Positions 7,842 through 12,402 of a stretch of 12,402 nucleotides of DNA are shown one piece after another; the stretch's first letter is position 1; the number at the start of each line of letters is the position of its first letter. The DNA comes from Promethearchaeota archaeon. GTDB lineage: Archaea > Asgardarchaeota > Thorarchaeia > Thorarchaeales > Thorarchaeaceae. Location of the stretch: assembly GCA_027031765.1 (NCBI GenBank), contig JALVPN010000174.1:15854-28255 (forward strand), in the 5' to 3' direction. Under the pieces are notes generated by a model. The model saw nothing but the letters and a program-made list of their open reading frames with translations. It had not been told where the DNA came from and did no database searches. The translations under genes were made by a program, and so were the position numbers.

Positions 7842-8561
7842 ATGTCCGAACACATCCTTGGTGAGGTGGCCCGACTCCTTGAGTCGACGATTTCGATGGA
7901 CGACTGTATACGTGCCGTGGTGCTGAGCACACGTGAGGGCGTCGTTGTTGCGTCAGTGTCACGCGACGACTCAGTAATCCCCGACGTCACGGCAACGGTC
8001 TCTGCTGCCCTTGTGTGGGCCGGCGATGCTGCGATGGACAAGGTGACCGGCGGCACACCCGACTGTCTTGTACACACCACGGAGACCGAGACCGTACTCA
8101 TTGTTGTCGGGCGTGACTTCCACATCGTAGTGGTGCTGCGCCGTAACTGCACCTCTCGACTGGACATCGAGCGGCTCATCCCGGTAGCGCGGTCAGCCGT
8201 ATCGCGGGCCGAGATGCTGATGGGCTCTGCCGAGGAGTTTGCACGGGAAGACCTCCTCAGTATGCTGATGGCATCGTTCCCGGAGGTCGAACGCGCGATG
8301 CTCGTGACGCTTGACGGGCTGCCTGTGATGGCTGCAGGTCTCGCCGACAGCGTTGAGGTGGCAGGTCTTGCTGCCTCGATTTTTGCGAACGGGCTGACGT
8401 ATTCAATTGCGACCCGGTGGGTGGTGGTGCGTGCCGGGGCCTACAGCCTACTCGTCATCCGCGTGGACGAACAGCGGCTGCTGGTCGCTGGGACCCATGC
8501 CAACAGGCCTGAAGAACTGTGCCAGAGGATTGTTGACCTCCTCCAGTCCGGCCTCTTCTAG
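7842..8561 (+). CDS. Tandem (two-domain) Roadblock/LC7 protein, 239 aa
   Basis: Two Roadblock-like repeats: CIRAVVLSTREGVVVAS...TATVSAAL and EVERAMLVTLDGLPVMA...VAGLAASIF. True start is ATG 7842 (MSEHILGE); the track ORF from 7371 overlaps yyaL and its extension looks non-coding. Confidence 0.8.
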   Translation: MSEHILGEVARLLESTISMDDCIRAVVLSTREGVVVASVSRDDSVIPDVTATVSAALVWAGDAAMDKVTGGTPDCLVHTTETETVLIVVGRDFHIVVVLRRNCTSRLDIERLIPVARSAVSRAEMLMGSAEEFAREDLLSMLMASFPEVERAMLVTLDGLPVMAAGLADSVEVAGLAASIFANGLTYSIATRWVVVRAGAYSLLVIRVDEQRLLVAGTHANRPEELCQRIVDLLQSGLF

Positions 8562-8567
8562 TCCTGA

Positions 8568-9275
8568 CTAGGTGCCCTCTGCGCCGACCTGGGGCTGCGC
8601 GGGGGCCATGTCGGAAGTCTCAATGCCCCCGTCATCGAGTTGCCACTCCTGGAGCCTGATTGTGATGAAACAGTCCTTGCCGCGCTGTGGACAGTCTATC
8701 CTTATTGTGATTTGGTCGACGCTCCGTTCGACAATCTCCGGGTTCAGACATCCCTCCTCAAGCTTCTCCATGAGGAACATGACGTAGGCCTCGGAGATGA
8801 CGTTCAGGCTGCCCTCAATCAGCGCCTCGCCGAGTTCAGCAAGGAAGTGCCGTTTCTTTCTCCCCTCTCGTTCGACCCTGATGAGCCCCACCTCCTGCAT
8901 ACGCGAGACGTGCCACCTGATAGTGTCATGGTGCACCCCCAGGGACTCTGCCATCATCTCCTGGTAGCAGCCGGGGTTGTTCACGATGTACGAGAAGATC
9001 TTCTGGGCGGTCTTGCTGCGGAGCGTGAGGTAGGCCATTTCCGCCTGCTTGGACCTGAGCATACGCGGGTAGTATATCCTCTTCCCGGCAAACTTGATGC
9101 TCTTGACAAGGCCCTCTCTCTCCAAAATCCTCAGGTGCCAGGTGAGGGTGCCAAGTGGTGACTCCAGTATGTCGACAAGTTCAAGGAGGTAGGTGCCAGG
9201 GTTCTCGCACAACACCCTGTACAGGTCCCGCCGGAAGGGGTGCAGTAGAAGTGCCTGTCGTTTCTGTCTGCCCAT
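8568..9275 (-). CDS. Tandem winged helix-turn-helix transcriptional regulator (ArsR-like, archaeal COG3398-type) with an extra C-terminal domain
   Basis: Two repeats: RRDLYRVLCENPG...GTLTWHLRILEREGLV and AQKIFSYIVNNPG...DTIRWHVSRMQEVGLI, followed by about 85 aa of unrecognised C-terminus. Confidence 0.88.
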   Translation of the reverse strand: MGRQKRQALLLHPFRRDLYRVLCENPGTYLLELVDILESPLGTLTWHLRILEREGLVKSIKFAGKRIYYPRMLRSKQAEMAYLTLRSKTAQKIFSYIVNNPGCYQEMMAESLGVHHDTIRWHVSRMQEVGLIRVEREGRKKRHFLAELGEALIEGSLNVISEAYVMFLMEKLEEGCLNPEIVERSVDQITIRIDCPQRGKDCFITIRLQEWQLDDGGIETSDMAPAQPQVGAEGT

Positions 9276-9332
9276 TTGACCATCCTCGCACGCCGGGGTG
9301 TTGTGAAACAGTCAACTGCTCCGTAAACGGTG

Positions 9333-9338
9333 ATAAAA
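9333..9338 (-). promoter_or_regulatory. Putative TATA box (TTTTAT, preceded by purine-rich GAGAAGAG) for the wHTH gene
   Basis: AT island about 58 nt upstream of ATG 9275 with a BRE-like purine run. Confidence 0.45.
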
Positions 9339-9670
9339 GCTCTTCTCCCGGTCGGCATCCGTACAGTGCAGCCGTTGGCTGTCAGGTGGCCGAGAGGGCA
9401 TGTCCTCCGGTGCTCCGGGAGGTCCGGTCGCCCGCGTCACCTGCGGGTGGTCACGGTCGTGCACACACCACCGCCCAGACTACAGTCCCGGCAGATCCCT
9501 GTGGGCGCTGACAGTGGCGTCACTGGTATGTCGGTGTGACCCGGTGGCGGTCCGCCCGTCGTGGGGCGATGGACACACATGGGACCTGGCACCTGCGCCA
9601 GTTCCGAATCGTTTATCTTTCCTCCGGCCGACAGCTGAGACGTAGGGTGCACCATTAGGAGGAGTCTACA

Positions 9671-11503
9671 GTGTGCGGTATCACAGGCATTGTCACCCAG
9701 GACCGGAACGACATTGGTCGGCTGCTCGTGATGTGCAGTCGGAAACTGACCTATCGGGGATACGACTCTGTGGGTGTTGCTGCCGTGCACAGGGGCAAGG
9801 TCTACCTCAAGAAGGATGTCGGCACGATTGACGAGGTGGATGCCCGGCTCGGCCTGTCAAAGATGCCTGGTGACAGGGGGATTGCACAGCTCCGCTGGGC
9901 CACCTATGGTGCCCCGACGCAGGTGAACGCACAGCCACACTATGGTTGTACTGAGGAGTTCTACGGCGCCCACAATGGTAACCTGCACAACTACTATGAG
10001 TACCGACAGGAACTGATAGAGACCGGCCACACAGTACGTTCGTGGAACGACGGTGAGCTCTGCGTCCACGCTGTCGACAAGTACTACGAACAGACCGGCG
10101 ACATGTTCGAGGCGGTGCGTCTCTCCACCCGTGACCTCAAGGGCGCCTTCGCATATGCTGTGGGACGGGCAGACACGCAGGAGATCTACGCTGTCAAGAT
10201 GGGCTCTTCCCTTGTGGCCGGGGTCGCACCCACTGAGACCATAGTGTCCAGTGACCTGCCCTCGATCCTCCCGCTCACGAACCGCGTGGTCTACCTTGAT
10301 GATGGGGAGATGGTCGTCCTCCGTCCCGACAGTGTCAAGGTGTACCGTGTCGAGGACGGGAAGGAGCTGAACCGTCCAGTACAGGTCTCCAACGTGGACC
10401 CCCACGCTGCAGAGAAGGGGGGCTTCCCCCACTTCATGCTCAAGGAGATAAACGAGCAGCCGCAGGTCGCACGCGACGTCATGGGCCTCCTGCACAGCAA
10501 CGAGAGCGAGGAGTGGCTGCGCTTGATAGAGGATGCCTCGCACATCTACCTTGTCGCATGCGGCTCGTCATACAATGCTGGCATCGTCGGCACCTACTAC
10601 TTCAACCGGCTGGCGGGCATCCCGGTCACCCCTGCCATCGGCGGCCAGTTCATCCCCATGTACGCCCGCACCCTCACAGAGGACAGCCTGTGCATCCTCG
10701 TCTCACAGAGCGGAGAGACGAAGGACATCCTGAACGTGTTGAAGCTCGTGAAGCGCGAGGGCCTTGGCAAGACACTTGGTGTCCTGAACGTCATTGGCAG
10801 CTCCCTCATGTTCGGTGCCGACGCATACATCCCCATGGGCTGTGGCTACGAGGTCAGTGTCCCGGCCACCAAGACCTACTTCTCACAGACGGTCATCTTT
10901 GCAGACCTCGCCGCCCGTCTTGGTGCCCGCAACGGCATGCTCGACCAGTCCGAGGCAGACCGCTTCGTCAGTGCCCTCCGTGACGACCTCCCGCGTCTGA
11001 CACAGGAGACCATTGACAGGACGGGCATCCTCGCAAAGAACCTCGCCCCCACCCTCATGGGCGAACACGACCTGTACTGTCTGGGCTACGGCCTCACCGA
11101 TGGCGTCGCACGTGAGGGGGCCCTCAAGATAAAGGAGATATGCTACAACCACTGCGAGGGCATGTACAGCTCCGAGTTCAAGCACGGGCCGCTCAGCATC
11201 GTCACCGACAACTACCCGGTTATCTTCGTCACCACCACCGAGGACAGCTGGATGGTCATCAACCACATCAATGAGGTGGCATGCAGGGGCGGCAGGGCAA
11301 TCATAGTGGGTGAGCATGAGGACTCGCTGACACCCTACGTGAAGAGCAAGACCGACTACCTGGTCGTCCCCAAGTCGGAGGTGCTCATCAACCCGATCCT
11401 CGACGTCATACCCCTCCAGCTGCTCAGCTACTTCCTGTCGGTCGACCTTGGCATCAACCCGGACCTCCCGCGCAACCTCTCCAAGACCCTCACTGTTGAC
11501 TAG
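9671..11503 (+). CDS. glmS: Glutamine--fructose-6-phosphate transaminase (isomerizing)
   Basis: N-terminal CGI (Cys1), YRGYDS, RWAT, HNG, HFMLKEINEQP, SQSGET, EGALKIKEI, EFKHGP, C-terminal PRNLSKTLTVD. AGGAGG ribosome-binding site at 9657-9662. Confidence 0.96.
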   Translation: MCGITGIVTQDRNDIGRLLVMCSRKLTYRGYDSVGVAAVHRGKVYLKKDVGTIDEVDARLGLSKMPGDRGIAQLRWATYGAPTQVNAQPHYGCTEEFYGAHNGNLHNYYEYRQELIETGHTVRSWNDGELCVHAVDKYYEQTGDMFEAVRLSTRDLKGAFAYAVGRADTQEIYAVKMGSSLVAGVAPTETIVSSDLPSILPLTNRVVYLDDGEMVVLRPDSVKVYRVEDGKELNRPVQVSNVDPHAAEKGGFPHFMLKEINEQPQVARDVMGLLHSNESEEWLRLIEDASHIYLVACGSSYNAGIVGTYYFNRLAGIPVTPAIGGQFIPMYARTLTEDSLCILVSQSGETKDILNVLKLVKREGLGKTLGVLNVIGSSLMFGADAYIPMGCGYEVSVPATKTYFSQTVIFADLAARLGARNGMLDQSEADRFVSALRDDLPRLTQETIDRTGILAKNLAPTLMGEHDLYCLGYGLTDGVAREGALKIKEICYNHCEGMYSSEFKHGPLSIVTDNYPVIFVTTTEDSWMVINHINEVACRGGRAIIVGEHEDSLTPYVKSKTDYLVVPKSEVLINPILDVIPLQLLSYFLSVDLGINPDLPRNLSKTLTVD

Positions 11504-11532
11504 ACCCGGCATGTGGGGCCCCGGTCAGGCGA

Positions 11533-11919
11533 CTAGTCACGGTCGCCCGTCTCGCCAATCCGGATTGCGCGCATCGCCGAGGACGCCACGTTGCCGGCAT
11601 CGAACCCGTCCTTTATGTGAACGACCTCGTCCCCCTCGACCTCCAGCACATTGATGAGCTCTGTCCTGTCGCCCAGGGCCCACTGTCCGAAGACCGTCTT
11701 GCCACCGTCCAGCTCGCACTCCAGCAGGCCAAGGTTGCCAGCACCAGACCACCAGTGGGTGCACCGGGCCACGGCCCCGAACTCACCGACCATCTGCTCG
11801 AACAGTCTGACGAGCCTCGTCGGGCCGTGCTCGTTCCTGAACGTTATCAGCACGTTGTTGGCACCGCCCCCCATCACCTGTCGTATCCGTTCCATCTCGT
11901 CGTCGCTGAACAGTGTCAT
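11533..11919 (-). CDS. Hypothetical protein, 128 aa, possibly NTF2/SnoaL-like fold
   Basis: Genome-typical codon usage, ATG start, TATA-like box 31 nt upstream, no overlap with neighbours. The fold guess rests only on the C-terminal INVLEVEGDEVVHIKDGFD pattern. Confidence 0.75.
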   Translation of the reverse strand: MTLFSDDEMERIRQVMGGGANNVLITFRNEHGPTRLVRLFEQMVGEFGAVARCTHWWSGAGNLGLLECELDGGKTVFGQWALGDRTELINVLEVEGDEVVHIKDGFDAGNVASSAMRAIRIGETGDRD

Positions 11920-11949
11920 GTGTGTTCACCGGGCCTGTGGTGTGAGGTG

Positions 11950-11955
11950 TTAAAA
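11950..11955. promoter_or_regulatory. Putative TATA box (TTAAAA / TTTTAA) in the divergent spacer
   Basis: Only AT island in the 81-nt spacer between the 128-aa gene (-) and the RimK-like gene (+). Confidence 0.5.
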
Positions 11956-12000
11956 GGGACTCGTTGTGTCCGTATCACACTGCTGCGTGCGGTGTTCCCA

Positions 12001-12402
12001 GTGGTGTCACGAGTCGGCATCCTCAGTTCGCACCCCCGTTCAAGACGTGCTGCAGCCATCGGTGCTGCCTTCCAGCAACACGGCGTGGAGACCACCCACA
12101 TACTCCCCTGGCTCATAGCCGAGGACATCGGCCCCTCCGGCCACGCAGTCACAGCTCAGGGTGCTGACCTCCGGTCTCTTGACATGCTCCTCGTCCTCGA
12201 CCTCGGTGCCGCCGACCCCGCCACCTACGTCCACCGTCTGGCCCTGCTCCGTGACCTTGGCGACCTCGGTGTGCGTGTTGTGAACCCCCCAGCAGCCCTC
12301 GCGACTATGCGTGACAAGGCCTCCACGCTGAGGGCCCTCTCCCGTGCCGGCCTGCCAGTACCACGCACACTGGTCACCGAGTCAATGGACATCGCATCCC
12401 GC
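12001..12402 (+). CDS. RimK/LysX-family ATP-grasp ligase, N-terminal part (truncated by window end)
   Basis: Hand translation MVSRVGILSSHP...LDMLLVLDLG...GVRVVNPPAALATMRDKASTLRALSRAGLPVPRTLVTESMDIASR contains the RimK-type VVN...DK...L...GLPVPRT signature. Start could be GTG 12001, 12004 or 11992. Confidence 0.88.
   Translation, partial: MVSRVGILSSHPRSRRAAAIGAAFQQHGVETTHILPWLIAEDIGPSGHAVTAQGADLRSLDMLLVLDLGAADPATYVHRLALLRDLGDLGVRVVNPPAALATMRDKASTLRALSRAGLPVPRTLVTESMDIASR

Noticed and set aside
9276-9670. glmS ribozyme in the long glmS upstream region
   Set aside because: No AGCGCC(A/C)GAAC cleavage-site core or GACGAGG element found; GCGCCAG near 9594 is too short a match.
1-12402. CRISPR array, tRNA, IS element, integrase or defence system
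   Set aside because: No regularly spaced repeats, cloverleaf, terminal inverted repeats, or transposase/recombinase/nuclease motifs seen by eye.

Overview
GC-rich archaeal chromosomal window with no mobile element, CRISPR array or rRNA/tRNA that I can support. TATA-like boxes, two Roadblock/LC7 genes, an archaeal tandem winged-HTH and a eukaryote-like subtilase point to an Asgard archaeon, possibly Thorarchaeia (inference, not proven). Gene order: partial hypothetical (-), membrane-anchored S8 protease with a C-terminal DUF4350/GATase-like domain (+), Roadblock/LC7 (-), HD-domain nucleotidase (-), orphan BMP substrate-binding protein (-), YyaL/SPATA20-like protein (+), tandem Roadblock protein (+), tandem wHTH regulator (-), glmS (+), 128-aa hypothetical (-), partial RimK-family ATP-grasp ligase (+, missing from the ORF track). 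The best lead is the protease. It resembles eukaryotic site-1 protease (S1P/SKI-1/MBTPS1) along its whole length but appears to have no prodomain. Secondary leads are a GlmS with substituted glutamine-binding histidines, a fused double Roadblock, and a long, possibly structured leader upstream of it. Reference motifs are quoted from memory and need alignment confirmation.
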